A program made the position numbers and the translations under genes. A stretch of 64,000 bases of DNA from Eledone cirrhosa (taxonomy: Eukaryota), in contig OZ024741.1 in assembly GCA_964016885.1 (NCBI GenBank), positions 279,682,001-279,746,000 of the forward strand, written 5' to 3'. The notes below the pieces were generated by a model. The model saw only the letters and a list, made by a program, of their open reading frames with translations, searched no databases and was not told where the DNA came from. Shown here one piece after another: positions 1 through 15,000 of the stretch (position 1 is its first letter; every line of letters starts with the position of its first letter).

Positions 1-3000
1 GAGTTAGGATGTAAAACAGAAATCAGAGAGAGTTAGGATGTAAAACAGAAATCAGAGAGAGTTAGGATGTAAAACAGAAATAAGAGAGAGTTAGGATGTA
101 AAACAGAAATCAGAGAGAGTTAGGATCTAGAATAGAAATCAGAGAGAGTTAGGGTGTAAAACAGAAATCAGAGAGAGTTAGGATGTAAAACAGAAATAAG
201 AGAGAGAAAGTTAGGATCTAGAACAGAAATCAGAGAGAGTTAGGATGTAAAACAGAAATCAGAGAGAGTTAGGATGTAAAACAGAAATCAGAGAGAGTTA
301 GGATGTAAAACAGAAATAAGAGAGAGTTAGGATGTAAAATAGAAATCAGAGAGAGTTAGGATGTAGAACAGAAATCAGAGAGAGTTATGATGTAAAACAG
401 AAATAAGAGAGAGAAAGTTAGGATCTAGAACAGAAATCAGAGAGAGTTAGGATGTAAAACAGAAATAAGAGAGAGTTAGGATGTAAAACAGAAATCAGAG
501 AGAGTTAGGATGTAAAACAGAAATAAGAGAGAGTTAGGATGTAGAACAGAAATCAGAGAGAGTTAGGATGTAAAATAGAAATAAGAGAGAGAAAGTTAGG
601 ATCTAGAATAGAAATCAGAGAGAGTTAGGATGTAAAACAGAAATCAGAGAGAGTTAGGATGTAAAATAGAAATCAGAGAGAGTTAGGATGTAGAACAGAA
701 ATCAGAGAGAGTTAGGATGTAAAACAGAAATAAGAGAGAGTTAGGATGTAAAACAGAAATAAGAGAGAGAAAGTTGGGATCTAGAACAGAAATCAGAGAG
801 AGTTAGGATGTAAAACAGAAATCAGAGAGAGTTAGGATCTAGAACAGAAATCAGAGAGAGTTAGGATGTAAAATAGAAATCAGAGAGAGTTAGGATGTAA
901 AACAGAAATAAGAGAGAGTTAGGATGTAAAACAGAATTCAGAGAGAGTTAGGATGTAAAATAGAAATCAGAGAGAGTTAGGATGTAAAATAGAAATCAGA
1001 GAGAGTTAGGATGTAAAATAGAAATCAGAGAGAGTTAGGATGTAGAACAGAAATCAGAGAGAGTTAGGATGTAGAACAGAAATCAGAGAGAGTTAGGATG
1101 TAAAATAGAAATCAGAGAGAGTTAGGATGTAAAATAGAAATCAGAGAGAGTTAGGATGTAGAACAGAAATCAGAGAGAGTTAGGATGTAAAATAGAAATC
1201 AGAGAGAGTTAGGATGTAAAATAGAAATCAGAGAGAGTTAGGATGTAAAACAGAAATAAGAGAGAGAAAGTTAGGATCTAGAACAGAAATCAGAGAGAGT
1301 TAGGATGTAAAACAGAAATCAGAGAGAGTTAGGATGTAAAACAGAAATCAGAGAGAGAGTTAGGATCTAGAATAGAAATCAGAGAGAGTTAGGGTGTAAA
1401 ACAGAAATCAGAGAGAGTTAGGATGTAAAACAGAAATCAGAGAGAGTTAGGATGTAAAACAGAAATAAGAGAGAGAAAGTTAGGATCTAGAACAGAAATC
1501 AGAGAGAGTTAGGATGTAAAACAGAAATCAGAGAGAGTTAGGATGTAAAACAGAAATCAGAGAGAGTTAGGATCTAGAATAGAAATCAGAGAGAGTTAGG
1601 GTGTAAAACAGAAATCAGAGAGAGTTAGGATGTAAAACAGAAATAAGAGAGAGAAAGTTAGGATCTAGAACAGAAATCAGAGAGAGTTAGGATGTAAAAC
1701 AGAAATCAGAGAGAGTTAGGATGTAAAACAGAAATCAGAGAGAGTTAGGATGTAAAACAGAAATAAGAGAGAGTTAGGATGTAAAATAGAAATCAGAGAG
1801 AGTTAGGATGTAGAACAGAAATCAGAGAGAGTTATGATGTAAAACAGAAACAAGAGAGAGAAAGTTAGGATCTAGAACAGAAATCAGAGAGAGTTAGGAT
1901 GTAAAACAGAAATCAGAGAGAGTTAGGATGTAAAACAGAAATCAGAGAGAGTTAGGATGTAAAACAGAAATAAGAGAGAGTTAGGATGTAGAACAGAAAT
2001 CAGAGAGAGTTAGGATGTAAAATAGAAATAAGAGAGAGAAAGTTAGGATCTAGAATAGAAATCAGAGAGAGTTAGGATGTAAAACAGAAATCAGAGAGAG
2101 TTAGGATGTAAAATAGAAATCAGAGAGAGTTAGGATGTAGAACAGAAATCAGAGAGAGTTAGGATGTAAAACAGAGATAAGAGAGAGTTAGGATGTAAAA
2201 CAGAAATAAGAGAGAGAAAGTTGGGATCTAGAACAGAAATCAGAGAGAGTTAGGATGTAAAACAGAAATCAGAGAGAGTTAGGATCTAGAACAGAAATCA
2301 GAGAGAGTTAGGATGTAAAATAGAAATCAGAGAGAGTTAGGATATAGAACAGAAATCAGAGAGAGTTAGGATGTAAAATAGAAATCAGAGAGAGTTAGGA
2401 TGTAAAATAGAAATCAGAGAGAGTTAGGATGTAAAATAGAAATCAGAGAGAGTTAGGATGTAAAACAGAAATCAGAGAGAGTTAGGATGTAGAACAGAAA
2501 TCAGAGAGAGTTAAGATGTAAAATAGAAATCAGAGAGAGTTAGGATGTAAATTAGAAATGAGAGAGAGTTAGGATGTAAAATAGAAATCAGAGAGAGTTA
2601 GGATGTAAAATAGAAATAAGAGAGAGTTATGATGTAGAACAGAAATCAGAGAGAGTTAGGATGTAAAATAGAAATCAGAGAGAGTTAGGATGTAGAACAG
2701 AAATCAGAGAGAGTTAGGATGTAAAATTGAAATCAGAGAGAGTTAGGATGGAGTTAGGATGTAAAACAGAAATAAGAGAGAGTTAGGATGTAAAATAGAA
2801 ATCAGAGAGAGTTAGGACGTAAAATAGAAATAAGAGAGAGTTAGGATGTAAAATAGAAATCAGAGAGAGTTAGGATGGAGTTACGATGTAAAACAGAAAT
2901 AAGAGAGAGTTAGGATGTAAAATAGAAATAAGAGAGAGTTAGGATGTAAAACAGAAATAAGAGAGAGTTAGGATGTAAAATAGAAATCAGAGAGAGTTAG

Positions 3001-6000
3001 GATGTAAAATAGAAATCAGAGAGAGTTAGGATGTAAAATAGAAATCAGAGAGAGTTAGGATGTAGAACAGAAATCAGAGAGAGTTAGGATGTAAAATAGA
3101 AATAAGAGAGAGAAAGTTAGGATCTAGAATAGAAATCAGAGAGAGTTAGGATGTAAAACAGAATAAGAGAGAGTTAGGATGTAAAACAGAAATCAGAGAG
3201 AGAGAGTTAGGATGTAAAACAGAAATCAGAGAGAGTTAGGATGTAAAACAGAAATAAGAGAGAGTTAGGATGTAAAACAGAAATCAGAGAGAGTTAGGAT
3301 GTAAAATTGAAATCAGAGAGAGTTAGGATGTAGAACAGAAATCAGAGAGAGTTAGGATGTAAAATAGAAATCAGAGAGAGTTAGGATGTAAAATAGAAAT
3401 CAGAGAGAGTTAGGATGTAGAACAGAAATCAGAGAGAGTTAGGATGTAAAATAGAAATCAGAGAGAGTTAGGATGTAAAATAGAAATCAGAGAGAGTTAG
3501 GATGTAAAATAGAAATCAGAGAGAGTTAGGATGTAAAAGAGAAATAAGAGAGAGTTAGGATGTAAAATAGAAATCAGAGAGAGTTAGGACGTAAAATAGA
3601 AATAAGAGAGAGTTAGGATGTAAAATAGAAATCAGAGAGAGTTAGGATGTAGAACAGAAATCAGAGAGAGTTAGGATGTAAAATAGAAATCAGAGAGAGT
3701 TAGGATGTAAAATAGAAATCAGAGAGAGTTAGGATGTAAAACAGAAATAAGAGAGAGAAAGTTAGGATCTAGAACAGAAATCAGAGAGAGTTAGGATGTA
3801 AAACAGAAATCAGAGAGAGTTAGGATGTAAAACAGAAATCAGAGAGAGTTAGGATGTAAAACAGAAATAAGAGAGAGTTAGGATGTAAAACAGAAATCAG
3901 AGAGAGTTAGGATCTAGAATAGAAATCAGAGAGAGTTAGGGTGTAAAACAGAAATCAGAGAGAGTTAGGATGTAAAACAGAAATAAGAGAGAGAAAGTTA
4001 GGATCTAGAACAGAAATCAGAGAGAGTTAGGATGTAAAACAGAAATCAGAGAGAGTTAGGATGTAAAACAGAAATCAGAGAGAGTTAGGATGTAAAACAG
4101 AAATAAGAGAGAGTTAGGATGTAAAATAGAAATCAGAGAGAGTTAGGATGTAGAACAGAAATCAGAGAGAGTTATGATGTAAAACAGAAATAAGAGAGAG
4201 AAAGTTAGGATCTAGAACAGAAATCAGAGAGAGTTAGGATGTAAAACAGAAATAAGAGAGAGTTAGGATGTAAAACAGAAATCAGAGAGAGTTAGGATGT
4301 AAAACAGAAATAAGAGAGAGTTAGGATGTAGAACAGAAATCAGAGAGAGTTAGGATGTAAAATAGAAATAAGAGAGAGAAAGTTAGGATCTAGAATAGAA
4401 ATCAGAGAGAGTTAGGATGTAAAACAGAAATCAGAGAGAGTTAGGATGTAAAATAGAAATCAGAGAGAGTTAGGATGTAGAACAGAAATCAGAGAGAGTT
4501 AGGATGTAAAACAGAAATAAGAGAGAGTTAGGATGTAAAACAGAAATAAGAGAGAGAAAGTTGGGATCTAGAACAGAAATCAGAGAGAGTTAGGATGTAA
4601 AACAGAAATCAGAGAGAGTTAGGATCTAGAACAGAAATCAGAGAGAGTTAGGATGTAAAATAGAAATCAGAGAGAGTTAGGATGTAAAACAGAAATAAGA
4701 GAGAGTTAGGATGTAAAACAGAATTCAGAGAGAGTTAGGATGTAAAATAGAAATCAGAGAGAGTTAGGATGTAAAATAGAAATCAGAGAGAGTTAGGATG
4801 TAAAATAGAAATCAGAGAGAGTTAGGATGTAGAACAGAAATCAGAGAGAGTTAGGATGTAGAACAGAAATCAGAGAGAGTTAGGATGTAAAATAGAAATC
4901 AGAGAGAGTTAGGATGTAAAATAGAAATCAGAGAGAGTTAGGATGTAGAACAGAAATCAGAGAGAGTTAGGATGTAAAATAGAAATCAGAGAGAGTTAGG
5001 ATGTAAAATAGAAATCAGAGAGAGTTAGGATGTAAAACAGAAATAAGAGAGAGAAAGTTAGGATCTAGAACAGAAATCAGAGAGAGTTAGGATGTAAAAC
5101 AGAAATCAGAGAGAGTTAGGATGTAAAACAGAAATCAGAGAGAGAGTTAGGATCTAGAATAGAAATCAGAGAGAGTTAGGGTGTAAAACAGAAATCAGAG
5201 AGAGTTAGGATGTAAAACAGAAATCAGAGAGAGTTAGGATGTAAAACAGAAATAAGAGAGAGAAAGTTAGGATCTAGAACAGAAATCAGAGAGAGTTAGG
5301 ATGTAAAACAGAAATCAGAGAGAGTTAGGATGTAAAACAGAAATCAGAGAGAGTTAGGATCTAGAATAGAAATCAGAGAGAGTTAGGGTGTAAAACAGAA
5401 ATCAGAGAGAGTTAGGATGTAAAACAGAAATAAGAGAGAGAAAGTTAGGATCTAGAACAGAAATCAGAGAGAGTTAGGATGTAAAACAGAAATCAGAGAG
5501 AGTTAGGATGTAAAACAGAAATCAGAGAGAGTTAGGATGTAAAACAGAAATAAGAGAGAGTTAGGATGTAAAATAGAAATCAGAGAGAGTTAGGATGTAG
5601 AACAGAAATCAGAGAGAGTTATGATGTAAAACAGAAATAAGAGAGAGAAAGTTAGGATCTAGAACAGAAATCAGAGAGAGTTAGGATGTAAAACAGAAAT
5701 CAGAGAGAGTTAGGATGTAAAACAGAAATCAGAGAGAGTTAGGATGTAAAACAGAAATAAGAGAGAGTTAGGATGTAGAACAGAAATCAGAGAGAGTTAG
5801 GATGTAAAATAGAAATAAGAGAGAGAAAGTTAGGATCTAGAATAGAAATCAGAGAGAGTTAGGATGTAAAACAGAAATCAGAGAGAGTTAGGATGTAAAA
5901 TAGAAATCAGAGAGAGTTAGGATGTAGAACAGAAATCAGAGAGAGTTAGGATGTAAAACAGAGATAAGAGAGAGTTAGGATGTAAAACAGAAATAAGAGA

Positions 6001-9000
6001 GAGAAAGTTGGGATCTAGAACAGAAATCAGAGAGAGTTAGGATGTAAAACAGAAATCAGAGAGAGTTAGGATCTAGAACAGAAATCAGAGAGAGTTAGGA
6101 TGTAAAATAGAAATCAGAGAGAGTTAGGATATAGAACAGAAATCAGAGAGAGTTAGGATGTAAAATAGAAATCAGAGAGAGTTAGGATGTAAAATAGAAA
6201 TCAGAGAGAGTTAGGATGTAAAATAGAAATCAGAGAGAGTTAGGATGTAAAACAGAAATCAGAGAGAGTTAGGATGTAGAACAGAAATCAGAGAGAGTTA
6301 AGATGTAAAATAGAAATCAGAGAGAGTTAGGATGTAAATTAGAAATGAGAGAGAGTTAGGATGTAAAATAGAAATCAGAGAGAGTTAGGATGTAAAATAG
6401 AAATAAGAGAGAGTTATGATGTAGAACAGAAATCAGAGAGAGTTAGGATGTAAAATAGAAATCAGAGAGAGTTAGGATGTAGAACAGAAATCAGAGAGAG
6501 TTAGGATGTAAAATTGAAATCAGAGAGAGTTAGGATGGAGTTAGGATGTAAAACAGAAATAAGAGAGAGTTAGGATGTAAAATAGAAATCAGAGAGAGTT
6601 AGGACGTAAAATAGAAATAAGAGAGAGTTAGGATGTAAAATAGAAATCAGAGAGAGTTAGGATGGAGTTACGATGTAAAACAGAAATAAGAGAGAGTTAG
6701 GATGTAAAATAGAAATAAGAGAGAGTTAGGATGTAAAACAGAAATAAGAGAGAGTTAGGATGTAAAATAGAAATCAGAGAGAGTTAGGATGTAAAATAGA
6801 AATCAGAGAGAGTTAGGATGGAGTTAGGATGTAAAACAGAAATAAGAGAGAGTTAGGATGTAAAATAGAAATAAGAGAGAGTTAGGATGTAAAACAGAAA
6901 TAAGAGAGAGTTAGGATGTAAAATAGAAATCAGAGAGAGTTAGGATGTAAAATAGAAATCAGAGAGAGTTACGATGTAAAATAGAAATCAGAGAGAGTTA
7001 GGATGGAGTTAGGATGTAAAATAAAATCAGAGAGAGTTAGGATGTAAAATAGAAATCAGAGAGAGTTAGGATGGAGTTAGGATGTAAAACAGAAATCAGA
7101 GAGAGTTAGGATGTAAAATAGAAATCAGAGAGAGTTAGGATGTAAAATAGAAATCAGAGAGAGTTAGGATGTAGAACAGAAATCAGAGAGAGTTAGGATG
7201 TAAAATAGAAATCAGAGAGAGTTAGGATGTAAAATAGAAATCAGAGAGAGTTAGGATGTAAAATAGAAATCAGAGAGAGTTAGGATGTAAAAGAGAAATA
7301 AGAGAGAGTTAGGATGTAAAATAGAAATCAGAGAGAGTTAGGACGTAAAATAGAAATAAGAGAGAGTTAGGATGTAAAATAGAAATCAGAGAGAGTTAGG
7401 ATGTAGAACAGAAATCAGAGAGAGTTAGGATGTAAAATAGAAATCAGAGAGAGTTAGGATGTAAAATAGAAATCAGAGAGAGTTAGGATGTAAAACAGAA
7501 ATAAGAGAGAGAAAGTTAGGATCTAGAACAGAAATCAGAGAGAGTTAGGATGTAAAACAGAAATCAGAGAGAGTTAGGATGTAAAACAGAAATAAGAGAG
7601 AGTTAGGATCTAGAACAGAAATCAGAGACAGTTAGGATGTAAAATAGAAATCAGAGAGAGTTAGGATGTAAAACAGAAATCAGAGAGAGTTAGGATGTAA
7701 AACAGAAATCAGAGAGAGTTAGGATGTAAAACAGAAATAAGAGAGAGTTAGGATGTAAAATAGAAATAAGAGAGAGAAAGTTAGGATCTAGAACAGAAAT
7801 CAGAGAGAGTTAGGATGTAAAACAGAAATCAGAGAGAGTTAGGATGTAAAACAGAAATCAGAGAGAGTTAGGATGTAAAACAGAAATAAGAGAGAGAAAG
7901 TTAGGATCTAGAATAGAAATCAGAGAGAGTTAGGATGTAAAACAGAAATCAGAGAGAGTTAGGATGTAAAATAGAAATCAGAGAGAGTTAGGATGTAGAA
8001 CAGAAATCAGAGAGAGTTAGGATGTAAAACAGAATAAGAGAGAGTTAGGATGTAAAACAGAAATCAGAGAGAGAGAGTTAGGATGTAAAACAGAAATCAG
8101 AGAGAGTTAGGATGTAAAACAGAAATCAGAGAGAGTTAGGATGTAAAATAGAAATCAGAGAGAGTTAGGATGTAAAACAGAAATAAGAGAGAGAAAGTTA
8201 GGATCTAGAACAGAAATCAGAGAGAGTTAGGATGTAAAACAGAAATCAGAGAGAGTTAGGATGTAAAACAGAAATCAGAGAGAGAGTTAGGATCTAGAAT
8301 AGAAATCAGAGAGAGTTAGGGTGTAAAACAGAAATCAGAGAGAGTTAGGATGTAAAACAGAAATCAGAGAGAGTTAGGATGTAAAACAGAAATAAGAGAG
8401 AGAAAGTTAGGATCTAGAACAGAAATCAGAGAGAGTTAGGATGTAAAACAGAAATCAGAGAGAGTTAGGATGTAAAACAGAAATCAGAGAGAGTTAGGAT
8501 CTAGAATAGAAATCAGAGAGAGTTAGGGTGTAAAACAGAAATCAGAGAGAGTTAGGATGTAAAACAGAAATAAGAGAGAGAAAGTTAGGATCTAGAACAG
8601 AAATCAGAGAGAGTTAGGATGTAAAACAGAAATCAGAGAGAGTTAGGATGTAAAACAGAAATCAGAGAGAGTTAGGATGTAAAACAGAAATAAGAGAGAG
8701 TTAGGATGTAAAATAGAAATCAGAGAGAGTTAGGATGTAGAACAGAAATCAGAGAGAGTTATGATGTAAAACAGAAATAAGAGAGAGAAAGTTAGGATCT
8801 AGAACAGAAATCAGAGAGAGTTAGGATGTAAAACAGAAATCAGAGAGAGTTAGGATGTAAAACAGAAATCAGAGAGAGTTAGGATGTAAAACAGAAATAA
8901 GAGAGAGTTAGGATGTAGAACAGAAATCAGAGAGAGTTAGGATGTAAAATAGAAATAAGAGAGAGAAAGTTAGGATCTAGAATAGAAATCAGAGAGAGTT

Positions 9001-12000
9001 AGGATGTAAAACAGAAATCAGAGAGAGTTAGGATGTAAAATAGAAATCAGAGAGAGTTAGGATGTAGAACAGAAATCAGAGAGAGTTAGGATGTAAAACA
9101 GAGATAAGAGAGAGTTAGGATGTAAAACAGAAATAAGAGAGAGAAAGTTGGGATCTAGAACAGAAATCAGAGAGAGTTAGGATGTAAAACAGAAATCAGA
9201 GAGAGTTAGGATCTAGAACAGAAATCAGAGAGAGTTAGGATGTAAAATAGAAATCAGAGAGAGTTAGGATATAGAACAGAAATCAGAGAGAGTTAGGATG
9301 TAAAATAGAAATCAGAGAGAGTTAGGATGTAAAATAGAAATCAGAGAGAGTTAGGATGTAAAATAGAAATCAGAGAGAGTTAGGATGTAAAACAGAAATC
9401 AGAGAGAGTTAGGATGTAGAACAGAAATCAGAGAGAGTTAAGATGTAAAATAGAAATCAGAGAGAGTTAGGATGTAAATTAGAAATGAGAGAGAGTTAGG
9501 ATGTAAAATAGAAATCAGAGAGAGTTAGGATGTAAAATAGAAATAAGAGAGAGTTATGATGTAGAACAGAAATCAGAGAGAGTTAGGATGTAAAATAGAA
9601 ATCAGAGAGAGTTAGGATGTAGAACAGAAATCAGAGAGAGTTAGGATGTAAAATTGAAATCAGAGAGAGTTAGGATGGAGTTAGGATGTAAAACAGAAAT
9701 AAGAGAGAGTTAGGATGTAAAATAGAAATCAGAGAGAGTTAGGACGTAAAATAGAAATAAGAGAGAGTTAGGATGTAAAATAGAAATCAGAGAGAGTTAG
9801 GATGGAGTTACGATGTAAAACAGAAATAAGAGAGAGTTAGGATGTAAAATAGAAATAAGAGAGAGTTAGGATGTAAAACAGAAATAAGAGAGAGTTAGGA
9901 TGTAAAATAGAAATCAGAGAGAGTTAGGATGTAAAATAGAAATCAGAGAGAGTTAGGATGGAGTTAGGATGTAAAACAGAAATAAGAGAGAGTTAGGATG
10001 TAAAATAGAAATAAGAGAGAGTTAGGATGTAAAACAGAAATAAGAGAGAGTTAGGATGTAAAATAGAAATCAGAGAGAGTTAGGATGTAAAATAGAAATC
10101 AGAGAGAGTTACGATGTAAAATAGAAATCAGAGAGAGTTAGGATGGAGTTAGGATGTAAAATAAAATCAGAGAGAGTTAGGATGTAAAATAGAAATCAGA
10201 GAGAGTTAGGATGGAGTTAGGATGTAAAACAGAAATCAGAGAGAGTTAGGATGTAAAATAGAAATCAGAGAGAGTTAGGATGTAAAATAGAAATCAGAGA
10301 GAGTTAGGATGTAGAACAGAAATCAGAGAGAGTTAGGATGTAAAATAGAAATCAGAGAGAGTTAGGATGTAAAATAGAAATCAGAGAGAGTTAGGATGTA
10401 AAATAGAAATCAGAGAGAGTTAGGATGTAAAAGAGAAATAAGAGAGAGTTAGGATGTAAAATAGAAATCAGAGAGAGTTAGGACGTAAAATAGAAATAAG
10501 AGAGAGTTAGGATGTAAAATAGAAATCAGAGAGAGTTAGGATGTAGAACAGAAATCAGAGAGAGTTAGGATGTAAAATAGAAATCAGAGAGAGTTAGGAT
10601 GTAAAATAGAAATCAGAGAGAGTTAGGATGTAAAACAGAAATAAGAGAGAGAAAGTTAGGATCTAGAACAGAAATCAGAGAGAGTTAGGATGTAAAACAG
10701 AAATCAGAGAGAGTTAGGATGTAAAACAGAAATCAGAGAGAGTTAGGATCTAGAATAGAAATCAGAGAGAGTTAGGGTGTAAAACAGAAATCAGAGAGAG
10801 TTAGGATGTAAAACAGAAATAAGAGAGAGAAAGTTAGGATCTAGAACAGAAATCAGAGAGAGTTAGGATGTAAAACAGAAATCAGAGAGAGTTAGGATGT
10901 AAAACAGAAATAAGAGAGAGTTAGGATCTAGAACAGAAATCAGAGACAGTTAGGATGTAAAATAGAAATCAGAGAGAGTTAGGATGTAAAACAGAAATCA
11001 GAGAGAGTTAGGATGTAAAACAGAAATCAGAGAGAGTTAGGATGTAAAACAGAAATAAGAGAGAGTTAGGATGTAAAATAGAAATAAGAGAGAGAAAGTT
11101 AGGATCTAGAACAGAAATCAGAGAGAGTTAGGATGTAAAACAGAAATCAGAGAGAGTTAGGATGTAAAACAGAAATCAGAGAGAGTTAGGATGTAAAACA
11201 GAAATAAGAGAGAGAAAGTTAGGATCTAGAATAGAAATCAGAGAGAGTTAGGATGTAAAACAGAAATCAGAGAGAGTTAGGATGTAAAATAGAAATCAGA
11301 GAGAGTTAGGATGTAGAACAGAAATCAGAGAGAGTTAGGATGTAAAACAGAATAAGAGAGAGTTAGGATGTAAAACAGAAATCAGAGAGAGAGAGTTAGG
11401 ATGTAAAACAGAAATCAGAGAGAGTTAGGATGTAAAACAGAAATAAGAGAGAGTTAGGATGTAAAACAGAAATCAGAGAGAGTTAGGATGTAAAATAGAA
11501 ATCAGAGAGAGTTAGGATGTAAAATAGAAATCAGAGAGAGTTAGGATGTAAAATAGAAATCAGAGAGAGTTAGGATGTAGAACAGAAATCAGAGAGAGTT
11601 AGGATGTAAAATAGAAATAAGAGAGAGTTAGGATGTAAAACAGAAATCAGAGATAGTTAGGATGTAAAATAGAAATAAGAGAGAGTTAGGATGTAAAACA
11701 GAAATAAGAGAGAGAAAGTTAGGATCTAGAACAGAAATCAGAGAGAGTTAGGATGTAAAACAGAAATCAGAGAGAGTTAGGATGTAAAACAGAAATAAGA
11801 GAGAGTTAGGATCTAGAACAGAAATCAGAGACAGTTAGGATGTAAAATAGAAATCAGAGAGAGTTAGGATGTAAAACAGAAATCAGAGAGAGTTAGGATG
11901 TAAAACAGAAATCAGAGAGAGTTAGGATGTAAACAGAAATAAGAGAGAGTTAGGATGTAAAATAGAAATAAGAGAGAGAAAGTTAGGATCTAGAACAGAA

Positions 12001-15000
12001 ATCAGAGAGAGTTAGGATGTAAAACAGAAATCAGAGAGAGTTAGGATGTAAAACAGAAATCAGAGAGAGTTAGGATGTAAAACAGAAATAAGAGAGAGAA
12101 AGTTAGGATCTAGAACAGAAATCAGAGAGAGTTAGGATGTAAAACAGAAATCAGAGAGAGTGAGGATGTAAAATAGAAATCAGAGAGAGTTAGGATGTAG
12201 AACAGAAATCAGAGAGAGTTAGGATGTAAAACAGAAATAAGAGAGAGTTAGGATGTAAAACAGAAATCAGAGAGAGAGAGTTAGGATGTAAAACAGAAAT
12301 CAGAGAGAGTTAGGATGTAAAACAGAAATAAGAGAGAGTTAGGATGTAAAACAGAAATCAGAGAGAGTTAGGATGTAAAATAGAAATCAGAGAGAGTTAG
12401 GATGTAAAATAGAAATCAGAGAGAGTTAGGATGTAAAATAGAAATCAGAGAGAGTTAGGATGTAGAACAGAAATCAGAGAGAGTTAGGATGTAAAATAGA
12501 AATCAGAGAGAGTTAGGATGTAAAATAGAAATCAGAGAGAGTTAGGATGTAAAATTGAAATCAGAGAGAGTTAGGATGTAGAACAGAAATCGGAGAGAGT
12601 TAGGATGTAAAATAGAAATCAGAGAGAGTTAGGATGTAAAATAGAAATCAGAGAGAGTTAGGATGTAGAACAGAAATCAGAGAGAGTTAGGATGTAAAAT
12701 AGAAATCAGAGAGAGTTAGGATGTAAAATAGAAATCAGAGAGAGTTAGGATGTAAAATAGAAATCAGAGAGAGTTAGGATGTAAAAGAGAAATAAGAGAG
12801 AGTTAGGATGTAAAATAGAAATCAGAGAGAGTTAGGACGTAAAATAGAAATAAGAGAGAGTTAGGATGTAAAATAGAAATCAGAGAGAGTTAGGATGTAG
12901 AACAGAAATCAGAGAGAGTTAGGATGTAAAATAGAAATCAGAGAGAGTTAGGATGTAAAATAGAAATCAGAGAGAGTTAGGATGTAAAACAGAAATAAGA
13001 GAGAGAAAGTTAGGATCTAGAACAGAAATCAGAGAGAGTTAGGATGTAAAACAGAAATCAGAGAGAGTTAGGATGTAAAACAGAAATCAGAGAGAGTTAG
13101 GATCTAGAATAGAAATCAGAGAGAGTTAGGGTGTAAAACAGAAATCAGAGAGAGTTAGGATGTAAAACAGAAATAAGAGAGAGAAAGTTAGGATCTAGAA
13201 CAGAAATCAGAGAGAGTTAGGATGTAAAACAGAAATCAGAGAGAGTTAGGATGTAAAACAGAAATAAGAGAGAGTTAGGATCTAGAACAGAAATCAGAGA
13301 CAGTTAGGATGTAAAATAGAAATCAGAGAGAGTTAGGATGTAAAACAGAAATCAGAGAGAGTTAGGATGTAAAACAGAAATCAGAGAGAGTTAGGATGTA
13401 AAACAGAAATAAGAGAGAGTTAGGATGTAAAATAGAAATAAGAGAGAGAAAGTTAGGATCTAGAACAGAAATCAGAGAGAGTTAGGATGTAAAACAGAAA
13501 TCAGAGAGAGTTAGGATGTAAAACAGAAATCAGAGAGAGTTAGGATGTAAAACAGAAATAAGAGAGAGAAAGTTAGGATCTAGAATAGAAATCAGAGAGA
13601 GTTAGGATGTAAAACAGAAATCAGAGAGAGTTAGGATGTAAAATAGAAATCAGAGAGAGTTAGGATGTAGAACAGAAATCAGAGAGAGTTAGGATGTAAA
13701 ACAGAATAAGAGAGAGTTAGGATGTAAAACAGAAATCAGAGAGAGAGAGTTAGGATGTAAAACAGAAATCAGAGAGAGTTAGGATGTAAAACAGAAATAA
13801 GAGAGAGTTAGGATGTAAAACAGAAATCAGAGAGAGTTAGGATGTAAAATTGAAATCAGAGAGAGTTAGGATGTAGAACAGAAATCAGAGAGAGTTAGGA
13901 TGTAAAATAGAAATCAGAGAGAGTTAGGATGTAAAATAGAAATCAGAGAGAGTTAGGATGTAGAACAGAAATCAGAGAGAGTTAGGATGTAAAATAGAAA
14001 TCAGAGAGAGTTAGGATGTAAAATAGAAATCAGAGAGAGTTAGGATGTAAAATAGAAATCAGAGAGAGTTAGGATGTAAAAGAGAAATAAGAGAGAGTTA
14101 GGATGTAAAATAGAAATCAGAGAGAGTTAGGACGTAAAATAGAAATAAGAGAGAGTTAGGATGTAAAATAGAAATCAGAGAGAGTTAGGATGTAGAACAG
14201 AAATCAGAGAGAGTTAGGATGTAAAATAGAAATCAGAGAGAGTTAGGATGTAAAATAGAAATCAGAGAGAGTTAGGATGTAAAACAGAAATAAGAGAGAG
14301 AAAGTTAGGATCTAGAACAGAAATCAGAGAGAGTTAGGATGTAAAACAGAAATCAGAGAGAGTTAGGATGTAAAACAGAAATCAGAGAGAGTTAGGATGT
14401 AAAACAGAAATAAGAGAGAGTTAGGATGTAAAACAGAAATCAGAGAGTGTTAGGATCTAGAATAGAAATCAGAGAGAGTTAGGGTGTAAAACAGAAATCA
14501 GAGAGAGTTAGGATGTAAAACAGAAATAAGAGAGAGAAAGTTAGGATCTAGAACAGAAATCAGAGAGAGTTAGGATGTAAAACAGAAATCAGAGAGAGTT
14601 AGGATGTAAAACAGAAATCAGAGAGAGTTAGGATGTAAAACAGAAATAAGAGAGAGTTAGGATGTAAAATAGAAATCAGAGAGAGTTAGGATGTAGAACA
14701 GAAATCAGAGAGAGTTATGATGTAAAACAGAAATAAGAGAGAGAAAGTTAGGATCTAGAACAGAAATCAGAGAGAGTTAGGATGTAAAACAGAAATAAGA
14801 GAGAGTTAGGATGTAAAACAGAAATCAGAGAGAGTTAGGATGTAAAACAGAAATAAGAGAGAGTTAGGATGTAGAACAGAAATCAGAGAGAGTTAGGATG
14901 TAAAATAGAAATAAGAGAGAGAAAGTTAGGATCTAGAATAGAAATCAGAGAGAGTTAGGATGTAAAACAGAAATCAGAGAGAGTTAGGATGTAAAATAGA